Below are positions 52,084-62,987 of a DNA stretch of 64,000 nucleotides, piece after piece. Position numbers and translations under genes: made by a program. The stretch's first letter is position 1, and every line of letters begins with the position of its first letter. Source of the DNA: a virus; IMG/VR virus record IMGVR_UViG_3300042292_000979, one strand, 5' to 3'. The notes below the pieces were generated by a model. The model was not told the DNA's origin, did not search any database, and saw only the letters and a program-made list of their open reading frames with translations.

Positions 52084-52854
52084 ATGATTGAACTAGTGAT
52101 TGGTTGTCCAATCTATGAAAGAGATTGGATATTTCCTTATTGGATTTCTTGTATAGAAAATCAGAATATTGATTTTTCAAAAACCGCTTTTATATTTGAA
52201 GCATCTCCAGATGATGAAAAAACCATAGAGATGTTAGTTAAATATAGAAATGCAAGACCAGATATACCAGAGTTTATTTTAGATATAAAACAAGACATTC
52301 CTCATTTTTCTCATGAAGAAGGAACAAGAACTTGGAGTATATCTAAATATCAAAATATGGTTAATCTAAGAAATTCTCTTTTATCAAAAGTTAGAGATAT
52401 TAATCCAAATTATTTTTTTAGCTTGGATTCTGACATACTATTAACTAATGAAAATACTATTCAATTACTAGTTGCACACGTAAACTCTGGCGCAGATGCA
52501 GTGAGTCCATTAATGTTTATGACTCCAACAAATACAATGTATCCAAGTGTAATGAATTGGATAAAGGAGCCTGGTGGTCAAGCTTATCGTAAAGAACAAT
52601 ATCCACTTGGTGAGTATTTCCAGTCAGATGTTATTATGGCAGCAAAAATGATGTCAAGAGATGTATACAAGAATGTTGACTATTCGCTTCATACACAAGG
52701 TGAAGATTTAGGTTGGTCTGGAAACGCAGCAAAAATGGGCTATAAGCTCTACTCGGCATCTTATCTCTATGCTCCACACATAATGCATAAGCGAATGATG
52801 CAAGATTTTCTCTCAAATGGAGATTCTAGGGGTAATTTTTTTGCAACAGCATAA
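52084..52854 (+). CDS. GT-A fold (family 2-like) glycosyltransferase
   Basis: IGCPIY, LRNSLL, FSLDSD (DxD), GEDLGW. Confidence 0.85.
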   Translation: MIELVIGCPIYERDWIFPYWISCIENQNIDFSKTAFIFEASPDDEKTIEMLVKYRNARPDIPEFILDIKQDIPHFSHEEGTRTWSISKYQNMVNLRNSLLSKVRDINPNYFFSLDSDILLTNENTIQLLVAHVNSGADAVSPLMFMTPTNTMYPSVMNWIKEPGGQAYRKEQYPLGEYFQSDVIMAAKMMSRDVYKNVDYSLHTQGEDLGWSGNAAKMGYKLYSASYLYAPHIMHKRMMQDFLSNGDSRGNFFATA

Positions 52855-52939
52855 AAGTATGATATCTTTATATAAGATTGTTTAATCTTATAAAAGCTAA
52901 TTACTATTACTACTACATTAAAATAAACGGAGCGCTAAA

Positions 52940-54671
52940 ATGGCATTTGATTTTGTTGAAAGTTTTACACTTCAACTTCCTGACCTATCGGGATTGGAAA
53001 ATGATTTTTCCGAATCATTCAGCAAAAACCACGGTCTTATTATAGAAGTGGCTGCCATACATGAGCGGACTAACCGCTAACTATAATAATTACTCAGCAG
53101 CAGAATTAGAAAAGGCTCTCCAATCATGGGTCGAGCCATACCCTAAGCCTATTATTTTAAATCACGATTTAAACTCTGAGCCAATTGGCAGAATCATTGC
53201 TGCTAAGATGGACAAAGAACAAGACGGTGCACCATACGTAAGATTGCAGGTAGCAATCACAGATCCATTGGCTGCTCAGAAGATCTCAGATAAGAGATAC
53301 TTGACTGGATCAGTTGGCGGAAGAGCCGGCAAAGCAGTTTGTTCAATTTCGGGTGAAGACCTAGCTGCTGAATCAGCAGACGGTAGACCAAAGACAGCTA
53401 AATTTAAGCGTGGTCAAGTTTATAAGGGTAAACTTGCTTTCGTTGATATGCAAGACATTTCCTTTAAAGAATACTCATTTGTTAACCAACCAGCGGATCA
53501 AAGGTCTAGTGTAAGAGCTTCTAAAGCTATTGATGGATCAACTGTTGTTACTGATTCAGAAAATTGGACAGCAAAAAGCACAGCCTTTATCTTACATATG
53601 GATAAAGAAGATATAACCACTGTGGAAGAAAATGAGTCTATTTTAAAGGGTATGAAGAAAAAAGAGTCTAGACCACTTTATCTTCATGTTAAAGGAGCTT
53701 TTCTTACGGCTTTGGCCTTTCAAGAAAGTGAAACTGCAAAGGCTGATAATACTGCGTTACTATCAGAAAAGAATATAATTGACGAGGAGAATGTTGAAAT
53801 GGACGAAATCGTTAAAGGTGATGATGTTTTGGCTACTGTCGAAAATCTAAGCCAAGATCTGTCAGCAATTGCTACAGTACCATGCGGTACAGCACCAAAA
53901 GAAGAATCAGAAGAAATTTCTTCACAAGAAGAAGCTTCTGTAAATGTAGAATCAAAAAATGTAGATCTTATATCTGTGCTATCAGATGCTCTTCAGGAAG
54001 CAAAAGAAGCTGGTGAACAATCTATAGTGGATGTTCTTACTTCGAAGATTGAAAAGCTAAAGAAAGCAAAAGAAGATGAATCATTAGTTGAGGCGCCAGC
54101 TGCAGAAAATGCAGAGCAGTCTCCTAGTGAGCAAAAAGAATCTGAAGGAGAAAAAGTGGAAACAGAAGAACAAGGCAAAGAAGAAGTAGTTAATTCTGAA
54201 AACGCCGAGTCCTCCCCAGAAAACGAAACACAAGAAGAGTCAAACTCAGAGCTCACAGGCAGTACTCATGCTGATGAGCAAAATGACAATGACGATAAAC
54301 TTCAAGTGCTTCAACAAGAAAATGCAAAGCTTAGAGAGGCGCTACATCGCACTTTAGCTGAAAGAGTAGTTGATACTAAAATTTCATTAGGAGTAGAACC
54401 AATTGAAGAAAGAGAAAACTTGATCCAAGATCATGCAACTCGTTCGGCAGGTTCTTTGGCTGATTCCCTTAGGGATTTGGCTAAGCTCCCAGTAGCTAAG
54501 AAGAATATTCAAAAGCTAAATGTGGAATCCGTAATAGATGGTTGCATTGTTTCTGAAAAAGAAAACAATGTCATTGTTGAAGACGAAGAAATGTCAACTG
54601 CACCAGAAGAAAAAGTGAATACAGTTGAAGAACTGTTTGTTGATACTCTCATGGGCCGTCGCAAACTTTAA
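52940..54671 (+). CDS. prohead protease-scaffold; +1 frameshift at CGG 53066
   Basis: PIILNHD...PIGR, YLTGSVG, EYSFVNQPAD, acidic scaffold tail; ATG 52940 with GGAG RBS joins via GAG [C] GGA CTA. Confidence 0.88.
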
Positions 54672-54702
54672 AACAAATATATACAAATAAGGAGATATTA
54701 AA

Positions 54703-55458
54703 ATGTCATTAGCAAAATTTCGTAAAGTAGGTACCAAAACGGGTGCTGGTCGTTTCGTTGTTTCGGAAGGTATTGCACCATCCGCATACATCTTGCCATC
54801 AGTCGCCCTTCCAACTTGGTACGCAGATTCAGAAGATGATCGTTTTGAAATCGTTATTCCAAAGGGAACAATCCTTTCGGTAGTAACAGATGCAAATGGT
54901 GATTCACGTTTTGTTCCAGCTAACGGTAGCGGATCTTCAATAACGTGGGGAGACACAATCTCAGGTTGGAACCCGCTTGCAGGAGCAACACCAGTTGCTA
55001 GTGCAGCAGGAGACACACAGGTAGTAGCTGCACGCACAGTGCCAGTTGGCTGTGCACAGTACGATCTCTACAGACCGTTTGATAAGGGCACATCGCAAGG
55101 TGCAGGCTTTATCGTTAGAGGTTATGTTGAGTACCCAATGGTAACAAACGTCAACGCTGATTTAGCAGCAGGTGACTTGGTTGCGGCAGACTTCATGGGC
55201 CGTCCAAGATTGCTTTCTGGATCGGATGCTGGCACATACCCATGGTTGCAAGTTGGTAAGGTAATTGAAGTTGAGAAGTTTGCTACAAACTTTGATGACG
55301 GATTGCTTTCCTACATGCAGCTTCCATCGGATCCAGGTGCGCTCAAGACAGTTTATGAGCTCACAAGATCAGGCTCGTTCTCCGGTAAACTCGGTATCCG
55401 TGCAAACCTAGATGTTACGAATGTTATTGGTGCTTTCCGCGTCAATTTAACACTCTAA
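54703..55458 (+). CDS. capsid-associated (decoration/minor capsid) protein
   Basis: Between the protease and MCP genes; strong RBS. Confidence 0.65.
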   Translation: MSLAKFRKVGTKTGAGRFVVSEGIAPSAYILPSVALPTWYADSEDDRFEIVIPKGTILSVVTDANGDSRFVPANGSGSSITWGDTISGWNPLAGATPVASAAGDTQVVAARTVPVGCAQYDLYRPFDKGTSQGAGFIVRGYVEYPMVTNVNADLAAGDLVAADFMGRPRLLSGSDAGTYPWLQVGKVIEVEKFATNFDDGLLSYMQLPSDPGALKTVYELTRSGSFSGKLGIRANLDVTNVIGAFRVNLTL

Positions 55459-55511
55459 TAAAAAAAAAGAAAATAAAAAAAGAAATAATTAAACAGGAGG
55501 AAATATCCTAG

Positions 55512-56570
55512 ATGAGTAAGACAATCCAAGAACTCCTCTCGGGTCTCCCAGCTTGGGAAGCCGCATTTGCTGAAGATGGCTACATCGACACAGATAACAG
55601 AGTTACAATCAAGGAAGCATTCGGTTCGTCAGACGCAGCCGCTTTGTTTCCTAAGGTAATTTCTCGTACTCTGCGCGAAGCAGCCGAACCACAGCTTTTG
55701 GTAACCCCGCTTCTTTCTACAGTACGCCTTGGTAAGGGTCGTTCTTTGGAATTTCCAGCGGTAAACGCAATTCAAGCTGCTGAGATCCCAGAAGGACAAG
55801 AATACCCAGAACAAGCTCTCGCATTTGCTAAGCAAATCGAGGGTAAGGTGTCGAAGAAGGGCGTTAAGCTGGCTTTCACAGAGGAAGTTATTGCTGATTC
55901 TCTTTGGGACATCGTAGGCCTCCATGTACGCGCCGCAGGCCGTGCAATGGCACGTTTGAAAGAGCAAATTGCTCTTAGTCGTTTTAAGGATGCAGCTACA
56001 ATTGTATTCGACAACGACAGTGGCAGCTATGACGATACAACAGGTCGTGGGATTGATGGTGCTTACAACAGCACTATTACCTGGGACGATGTTGTCGACA
56101 TGGCAGCTGTTCTAATGGCCGAAAATCATATACCAACAGACTTCATTCTTCACCCACTGATGTGGTCGGTCTTCCTCAAGGACTCGATCTTCCACATGGG
56201 CGGCGCTGCATCAGCTGTTAATACCAGCTGGGGCTACCGTCCACAGTCGAAGGATGGCGTTGCCAACGCAACAGCCCCTATGGGTTTGAACGTGTTAGTG
56301 TCACCATTTGTTAGCTTCACAGCTAAGAGCGGTGCAACATTAGCTAAGTCAGACTTGTTCCTCATTGATCGCAATGAGGTCGGCAGTCTTCTTGTTAAGG
56401 ATGACATGAGCACAGATCAGTTCGATGATCCGTCACGTGACATTCGTTCGATGAAGATGAAAGAGCGTTACGACATCGTAATGCTTGGTGACGGTGAAGG
56501 TATCACAGTGGCTAAGAACGTTAGACTTGCTCGTAACTACGAGGTACAAGTTACTAACGAGATGGCATAA
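55512..56570 (+). CDS. major capsid protein (HK97 fold)
   Basis: IPEGQEYPE, KKGVKLAFTEEVI.DS, KMKERY; strong RBS; followed by a terminator. Confidence 0.88.
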   Translation: MSKTIQELLSGLPAWEAAFAEDGYIDTDNRVTIKEAFGSSDAAALFPKVISRTLREAAEPQLLVTPLLSTVRLGKGRSLEFPAVNAIQAAEIPEGQEYPEQALAFAKQIEGKVSKKGVKLAFTEEVIADSLWDIVGLHVRAAGRAMARLKEQIALSRFKDAATIVFDNDSGSYDDTTGRGIDGAYNSTITWDDVVDMAAVLMAENHIPTDFILHPLMWSVFLKDSIFHMGGAASAVNTSWGYRPQSKDGVANATAPMGLNVLVSPFVSFTAKSGATLAKSDLFLIDRNEVGSLLVKDDMSTDQFDDPSRDIRSMKMKERYDIVMLGDGEGITVAKNVRLARNYEVQVTNEMA

Positions 56571-56614
56571 TAAAAACCTTAGGATTGTTATAGTTACGAT
56601 ACAATCTTAGAAAG

Positions 56615-56648
56615 TAGGGGGCAGCGAAAGCTGCCCCTTATTTTTTTG
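56615..56648 (+). terminator. intrinsic terminator after MCP
   Basis: GGGGCAGC GAAA GCTGCCCC followed by a T run. Confidence 0.9.
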
Positions 56649-56699
56649 CACCAACCCTGTTACTAGTTAAGTATAAGTCTTTTCCTGAGGAGATAAATC

Positions 56700-57473
56700 G
56701 TGCCATTAAATCTAATAGATTATGCCTCAGTGGGTGTCGATAAGGTAAAAATTAAATTTGGTAGAACAGTAAAAATTAGTTCTATAACAGATAATAAGTT
56801 TATTGTTCAAACATCAGCTGCAACACCGACTATTGTATCTAGTCCATTTAAAACAATAAACTCATTAGCTGACTATAATACAATATCTAGAACTCTTACT
56901 CTTTACTGGGATAAAGTCCTTGTTTCTGGTCAGGAATACTATCTAAGAGTAGTAGGTATATTAGACGCTGCAAATGAAGTCGTAGCAGAAGAGTATATAA
57001 AATTTACAAAGCAAGATGCGGCTACTCCTTCTGGTTTTTCAACTTCCGTTGTTCCGGTGATAGAAGAAATTTTAGTAGAAGATAATTCAATTTTAACCGA
57101 AGCCTATAGTAGCTATCAAATTATAGCTAAAAATCCAGAATTCTATATTGATTCTATTGAGCCAAAAAACGGATCTTTTTATTTACCAAATGATAATAAC
57201 AATGGAAGAGTCACCATTACTTTTAATGCTCGTCCAGCTTCTAACTTCTTATCCACTAAGTATTTTAAAGCTCAAAGAAAAAAGATTCAGAAGTCACCGT
57301 CTCGTTGGGAAAACGTTGAGACAGTTACGCAAATGCACTCTTGGAAGCCTGAGATATATATAGACTTTCCATCCTTAATAGATGCAACACCATCATATTA
57401 TACTGAGAATAAAGATTATTTTGAAAAAGGTTATAAGTATAGAATAACAGTTTCTAAAGATGTGGGTATATAA
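56700..57473 (+). CDS. structural protein with Ig-like domains
   Basis: Beta-rich repeats; GAGGAG RBS. Confidence 0.65.
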   Translation: MPLNLIDYASVGVDKVKIKFGRTVKISSITDNKFIVQTSAATPTIVSSPFKTINSLADYNTISRTLTLYWDKVLVSGQEYYLRVVGILDAANEVVAEEYIKFTKQDAATPSGFSTSVVPVIEEILVEDNSILTEAYSSYQIIAKNPEFYIDSIEPKNGSFYLPNDNNNGRVTITFNARPASNFLSTKYFKAQRKKIQKSPSRWENVETVTQMHSWKPEIYIDFPSLIDATPSYYTENKDYFEKGYKYRITVSKDVGI

Positions 57474-57474
57474 G

Positions 57475-57885
57475 ATGGCTAATTTTGTATATAAAAAAGC
57501 AAAAGAATCCATGTTAAGTGGTGAAATAAATTTGTCAACAAATAGTCTCAAAGTTGCATTTATAGATACTTCTTTGTATACACCAAATCAAAATACTGAT
57601 GAATTTTTATCAATTATACCCACTGCAGCAAAGAAATATAGAAGTGCAGCTTTAGGTAATGTATCTAATGATTTAGGAGTCTTAGACGCAGATGACCTAA
57701 CGATTGTTCATGATGGAGTAGCATTTAATGCAATTGTCTTTTATCAATTCGGTACAGCAGATTCCGATTCAAGGTTAATAGCTTTTATAGATGATTCTGA
57801 AGGGCTACCTTTTGCCGGCACTGCGGAATCTTCGTCGATTACACTGCAATGGAATAATAGTTCAACAAAAATTATTAGCTTATAG
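57475..57885 (+). CDS. structural hypothetical protein (start MANFVY)
   Basis: ORF in the morphogenesis block. Confidence 0.65.
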   Translation: MANFVYKKAKESMLSGEINLSTNSLKVAFIDTSLYTPNQNTDEFLSIIPTAAKKYRSAALGNVSNDLGVLDADDLTIVHDGVAFNAIVFYQFGTADSDSRLIAFIDDSEGLPFAGTAESSSITLQWNNSSTKIISL

Positions 57886-57893
57886 GAAGATAT

Positions 57894-58247
57894 ATGGCAA
57901 CAAATTATCCAAATCAATTAGATGTTTTAATAAATCCAACAGCAACTGACAAACTCAATTCAAACACAGTACCGCATCATCAACAGCATGCAAACTTAAA
58001 CGATGCTGTAGAGGCAGTACAAACCGTATTGGGGCTTGCCCCAGCTGGTTCTTATCTTACGGTTAAAGATAGAATAATAGCAGTAGAGTCAAACATTAGT
58101 AGTATAAATGGATTAGGTGATGTTACTATAAGCAATGTCGGGACTAAAGATGTTTTAATTTACGATGGATCTCAATGGGTAAATAAGTCCGTTGAATCAT
58201 TATCAAACAATAGCGCAGAGCTTAATATTAATGGAGGAAATTTCTAA
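57894..58247 (+). CDS. fibre-associated protein
   Basis: MATNYP..LD, H...H..LNDAV.A.Q..LG, L.YDGSQW.N. Confidence 0.7.
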   Translation: MATNYPNQLDVLINPTATDKLNSNTVPHHQQHANLNDAVEAVQTVLGLAPAGSYLTVKDRIIAVESNISSINGLGDVTISNVGTKDVLIYDGSQWVNKSVESLSNNSAELNINGGNF

Positions 58248-59801
58248 ATGGCTAATATTTTGAGAATCAAAAGAAGGGCTGGTGGAGGCGTTGCAGGCGC
58301 ACCTAGTTCGCTCAAAAATGCTGAGCTAGCGTTTAACGAAGTTGATAATATTCTTTATTATGGCTATGGAGACGATGGTACAGGCACAGCAAATACAGTA
58401 CCAGCAATTGCTGGAATAGGCGCATTTGTATCATTAAGTTCTGATCAAACAATTACTGGAAATAAAACATTTAATGGTACAATAATTGTTCCAACACCAA
58501 GTGCAAACACTCACGCATCAACAAAGCTCTATGTTGACCAGCAGATATCCAATGTTAATAATACTATTTCAAACGTTGCCACATCATTTACAGTTGCGGG
58601 TGATTCTGGATCTAATCAAACAATTAGTTCAGGTACTGATACTTTAACCATTTCTGGTGGCACGGGACTATCCTCTGTTGCAAGTGCAACTGACACAATT
58701 ACTTTAAATCTTGACAACACTACCGTAACTGGTGGTTCTTACGGTGGTGCAGGAACGGTTGCTACGTTTACTGTAGATGCTCAAGGTCGTTTAACAGCAG
58801 CTGGAAATACGGCAATTTCTTTAACTTCCTCAAACCTTGATAACACCGCAGTAACTGCTGGCTCTTATGGAGCTGCAAACTCGGTTGCTACATTTACGGT
58901 TGATGCAAAGGGTCGTTTAACGGCTGCTGGAAACTCAGCAATTTCAATCACCGCTTCACAAATTAGTGACAAGGGCTCAAATCTGGTAACTGGTTTGACC
59001 GGTACTAATAACGAGATCACGGTTTCAAACTCTGGAGTTGGAGCTGTAACATTAGGTCTCCCAGCTAATGTTACGATTAGTAATAATCTAACTGTTACTG
59101 GAGATTTGATTGTTAATGGCAATACAACAACTCTTAACACAGCAACGCTTGTTGTAGAAGATAAAAATATTGTTCTTGCAAATTCCGCATCACCAACAGA
59201 TATAACTGCTGACGGTGCTGGTATTACAATTCTAGGTGCAACAGATAAGACGTTCACCTGGGTTGATGCAACAGATGCATGGACTTCATCAGAAAATATG
59301 AATTTAGTTTCTGGTAAAGTTTATGAGATTAATGGAACATCTGTATTAAGCAATACAACACTTGGTTCTAGCGTAGTCACCTCAAGCTTAACAGCAGTAG
59401 GAACAATTGCAACAGGTACCTGGCAGGGAACAGCTGTCGGCATTGCCTATGGTGGTACTGGTTCAACAACTGCTGATGGCGCAAGAACTGCATTAGGTCT
59501 TGCAATTGGATCAAACGTACAAGCTTATAGTTCAATATTGGCAAACGTTGCTGCTGGAACTTATTCTGGTGATGATGACATTGTAACAGTTGGAACAATC
59601 ACCGCTGGAACATGGAGTGGTACAGCAATTGCTGCCACTAAGGGTGGTACTGGATTTACAACTTATACAACTGGAGATTTGGTTTACGCTAGCGCAGCAA
59701 ACACATTGTCTAAATTGTCAATAGGTTCTAGTGGACAAGTTCTACAAGTTATAGCTGGAGTTCCAACATGGAGTGACACAATAGACGGTGGAACTTTCTA
59801 A
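58248..59801 (+). CDS. tail fibre protein
   Basis: Repeated GSYG....VATFTVDA.GRLTAAGN; VEDKNI.L; GGTG repeats. Confidence 0.8.
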   Translation: MANILRIKRRAGGGVAGAPSSLKNAELAFNEVDNILYYGYGDDGTGTANTVPAIAGIGAFVSLSSDQTITGNKTFNGTIIVPTPSANTHASTKLYVDQQISNVNNTISNVATSFTVAGDSGSNQTISSGTDTLTISGGTGLSSVASATDTITLNLDNTTVTGGSYGGAGTVATFTVDAQGRLTAAGNTAISLTSSNLDNTAVTAGSYGAANSVATFTVDAKGRLTAAGNSAISITASQISDKGSNLVTGLTGTNNEITVSNSGVGAVTLGLPANVTISNNLTVTGDLIVNGNTTTLNTATLVVEDKNIVLANSASPTDITADGAGITILGATDKTFTWVDATDAWTSSENMNLVSGKVYEINGTSVLSNTTLGSSVVTSSLTAVGTIATGTWQGTAVGIAYGGTGSTTADGARTALGLAIGSNVQAYSSILANVAAGTYSGDDDIVTVGTITAGTWSGTAIAATKGGTGFTTYTTGDLVYASAANTLSKLSIGSSGQVLQVIAGVPTWSDTIDGGTF

Positions 59802-59820
59802 ATAAAGGAAAGGTTTTATA

Positions 59821-62800
59821 GTGGCTAATCCAAGTATTACCGGCAATCAAATAGCCATTGATCCTATTTCTGGAGTATTCTTCTTCAAAAATAGCAATGG
59901 TTCATTAGTTAGTTCATCTTTGAATTTACTTCAAACTTCGAATACTCAAATAACAACAGAGGATAGTGTTCAAGTTTCTGGAAATTTAGTAGTTTCTGGA
60001 AATCTTACCGTTAATGGCACTATCGTCACAGTAAACACAGAATCAATTGTTATTGAAGATAAAAATATTGAACTTGCTAACGTATCATCACCATCTAACG
60101 TGACAGCAGATGGTGGTGGAATAACATTAAAGGGAACTACAGATAAAACTTTTAACTGGAGCAATAGCACCGGATCTTGGACTTCTTCCGAAAATATAGA
60201 CTTTGCATCTGGAAAAGTGATTAAGATTAATGGAACAGAAGTATTATCAGCAAATGCATATACTGGTTCAGCAGCAAAATGGACTAATGCTAGATTAATT
60301 ACTCTAGGTGGCGACCTATCTGGAAATGTCTCGATAGATGGCTCTGCTAACGTAACTCTTACTGCAACTATAGTTGCTAATTCTGTAGCTTTAGGTACTG
60401 ACACAACTGGTAATTATGTTGCTTCTCTAGTTGCCGGAACAGGAATTTCTTTAGCTAATAACTCTGGAGAAACTACTACTCCAACAATAACACTTAATGC
60501 AACAATAGATGATTTAACAGATGTTACTTTAACCACTCCAGCCAATGGTGACTTCTTTAGATACAATGGATCTGTTTGGATTAATGATGCCATTAATTTA
60601 TCTACAGATACAATAGGTGATTATGTAGATCATCTCAGTGCGGGCACTGGTATAACGATTACTAACAATTCTGGTGAAGCTTCAGTTCCAACTATCTCAA
60701 TTCCTCAATCAGTTGCCACCAATGCAAACGTTGCCTTCAATCAGGTAACAGCTGCTTTAGTGGGTGCAGTCACAGGTAATGTAACTGGAAATATAACTGG
60801 AAATGTTACTGGAAATTTAACTGGAAATGTTACTGGTGATTTAACTGGAAATAGCAATGGAGTTCACACTGGTAATGTAACCGGTACAGCAAGCAATGCA
60901 TTAGTTTGGACCAATCAAAGAAAAATTACTTTAGATGGTGACGTAACTGGTAACGTATTTATAGACGGAAGCGCTAACGTAACAATAACAACAACAATTG
61001 CTTCTAACTCCGTAGAGCTTGGTGCCGATACGACAGGTCAATATGTAGCAAACTTAGTTTCGGGCACTGGTATAACAATAACTGATAATTCCGGTGAAGG
61101 AATGACACCAGTTATTAAAATAGCAGATTCTTATACTACAAACATGGTTTCTAATATAGCAAACTCCGCAGCAAGCGTAAGCACATATGCTGACGGTGTT
61201 GGAAACACTGCCTATTCAAATGCAGTAACTTACGTCAACAATAGAACATTGAATGACTTTACGGAAGTAGTTATTACTACTCCAACTTCAGATAACCTAT
61301 TAATGTATAACGGTTCTGCTTGGATTAATCAAGCTGTTAATATAAATAGATTATCAGATGTTAATGTTAACCCTAGCACTCTTGGGGCTTATCAAGTGCT
61401 TAAATACGATAGCAACACTTCACAGTGGGTTAATGGCACAGTTGATTGGGAGCTTCCTGTTGGTCTAGCTTATAACACCACTTTGGGAGATGGCACAAAC
61501 AGTACATTTACCAAAACTCACGGACTAGGCACCCGAGATATTTACGTAACATGCAGGACTACAAATGCACCGTATGAAGTTGTAGAGGTAAGGTGGGCAG
61601 CAACAGATCTCAATAATGTTACATTTACATTTTCTACAGCACCATCGAGTGATTCAATTTCAGTAACAATATTTTCTAACGTCTCTAGTGCTATGCTAAA
61701 TGCTCCATCTTTAGGCAGCTTAGATGACTTTGTTATCGCTGGTGCTGGAATTACTGCAGGGCAATACATTGTGTGGAATGGTAGTAAGTGGTACAACAAA
61801 ACATTACTACTTGATGATGCATCTGATGTACAAATTAACACCTTAACCACTGGTGATATCTTAAGATATGATGGAACCTTTTGGGTAAACGACCCAATTA
61901 ATCTTGGTACAGATACAGTTGGTGGATATATTACATCGCTTGTAGCTGGAACTGGCATTACGCTAATTAATAATACAGGCGAAGGTGCAACGCCAACTAT
62001 AACGGTTGACACTTCAACTATTCAAGCACGTGTTGCTAATGTTACCGATACGGAAATTGGATACTTAGACGGTGTAACTTCTGCAATCCAAACACAGATC
62101 AATAACAAACTTGATTCTTCAACAGCTGGAAGTACTTATGCGCCTTTGGCTAGTCCAACCTTTACAGGAAATGTTTCTGGTATAACCAAGACAATGATTG
62201 GTCTAGGTTCTGTCGACAACACAGCTGATACAGCTAAACCAGTTTCCACGACACAACAAACTGCTCTTGATCTAAAGGCAAACTTGGCGTCACCAACGTT
62301 TACGGGAACGGTAACTATCCCAGCAGGCGCTTCAATTTCTGGTTTTGCAACACTTGCTGATCCTACGTTCACAGGAAATGTTTCTGGTATTACAAAAACA
62401 ATGGTTGGTCTAGGTAACGTTGATAATACAACAGATCTTGGAAAACCAATATCAAATGCTGTTCAAACAGCACTTGACTTAAAAGCTCCTCTTGCAAATG
62501 CTACATTTACAGGCACAATAACCCTTCCTTCGAATACGGTTACATCTTCGATGATTATGGATGGAACTATTGCCAATGTTGATATCAGCGCATCGGCTGC
62601 AATTGATTATTCTAAATTATCATTAAGTAACTCGATTGCTACTACCGACTTAGTATCTGGTGCAGCTAGGGCAGGATTCAATTCAACATTAAGAACAGTT
62701 ACCTCAAGTAATACTCTTGTAATTTCAGACCTTGCTAAATTAATAGTAGTAAATAGCTCTTCTACTGCTAATATTACGGTGCCTGCAGATGATACAGTTA

Positions 62801-62985
62801 ATTTTAATGTTGGTGATAGAATAGATTTTGTTACAATTAATACTGGTTTAGTAACATTTATTGCTGGAGGTGGAGTTACCGTAAACGGAACTCCTGGTCT
62901 TAATTTGCGTACACAATACTCTGGTGCTACACTAGTTAAACTAGCCACTAATACCTGGGTGGCAATGGGTGATCTAAAGGCCTAA
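59821..62985 (+). CDS. long tail fibre protein (1054 aa)
   Basis: Repeats of LGTDT.G.YV..L.AGTGI, GNVT, L.YNGS.W.N, LA.PTFTG, GLG.VDNT.D. Confidence 0.85.
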   Translation: MANPSITGNQIAIDPISGVFFFKNSNGSLVSSSLNLLQTSNTQITTEDSVQVSGNLVVSGNLTVNGTIVTVNTESIVIEDKNIELANVSSPSNVTADGGGITLKGTTDKTFNWSNSTGSWTSSENIDFASGKVIKINGTEVLSANAYTGSAAKWTNARLITLGGDLSGNVSIDGSANVTLTATIVANSVALGTDTTGNYVASLVAGTGISLANNSGETTTPTITLNATIDDLTDVTLTTPANGDFFRYNGSVWINDAINLSTDTIGDYVDHLSAGTGITITNNSGEASVPTISIPQSVATNANVAFNQVTAALVGAVTGNVTGNITGNVTGNLTGNVTGDLTGNSNGVHTGNVTGTASNALVWTNQRKITLDGDVTGNVFIDGSANVTITTTIASNSVELGADTTGQYVANLVSGTGITITDNSGEGMTPVIKIADSYTTNMVSNIANSAASVSTYADGVGNTAYSNAVTYVNNRTLNDFTEVVITTPTSDNLLMYNGSAWINQAVNINRLSDVNVNPSTLGAYQVLKYDSNTSQWVNGTVDWELPVGLAYNTTLGDGTNSTFTKTHGLGTRDIYVTCRTTNAPYEVVEVRWAATDLNNVTFTFSTAPSSDSISVTIFSNVSSAMLNAPSLGSLDDFVIAGAGITAGQYIVWNGSKWYNKTLLLDDASDVQINTLTTGDILRYDGTFWVNDPINLGTDTVGGYITSLVAGTGITLINNTGEGATPTITVDTSTIQARVANVTDTEIGYLDGVTSAIQTQINNKLDSSTAGSTYAPLASPTFTGNVSGITKTMIGLGSVDNTADTAKPVSTTQQTALDLKANLASPTFTGTVTIPAGASISGFATLADPTFTGNVSGITKTMVGLGNVDNTTDLGKPISNAVQTALDLKAPLANATFTGTITLPSNTVTSSMIMDGTIANVDISASAAIDYSKLSLSNSIATTDLVSGAARAGFNSTLRTVTSSNTLVISDLAKLIVVNSSSTANITVPADDTVNFNVGDRIDFVTINTGLVTFIAGGGVTVNGTPGLNLRTQYSGATLVKLATNTWVAMGDLKA

Positions 62986-62987
62986 TT

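Noticed and set aside
53061-53063. ORF-track starts at 53061, 43621, 37233, 47024, 33767 and 35161
   Set aside because: They lack good RBSs or truncate conserved N-termini; upstream starts plus the CGG shift fit better.
54594-62948. Minus-strand ORFs overlapping capsid and fibre genes
   Set aside because: Antisense shadows of codon-biased plus-strand genes.
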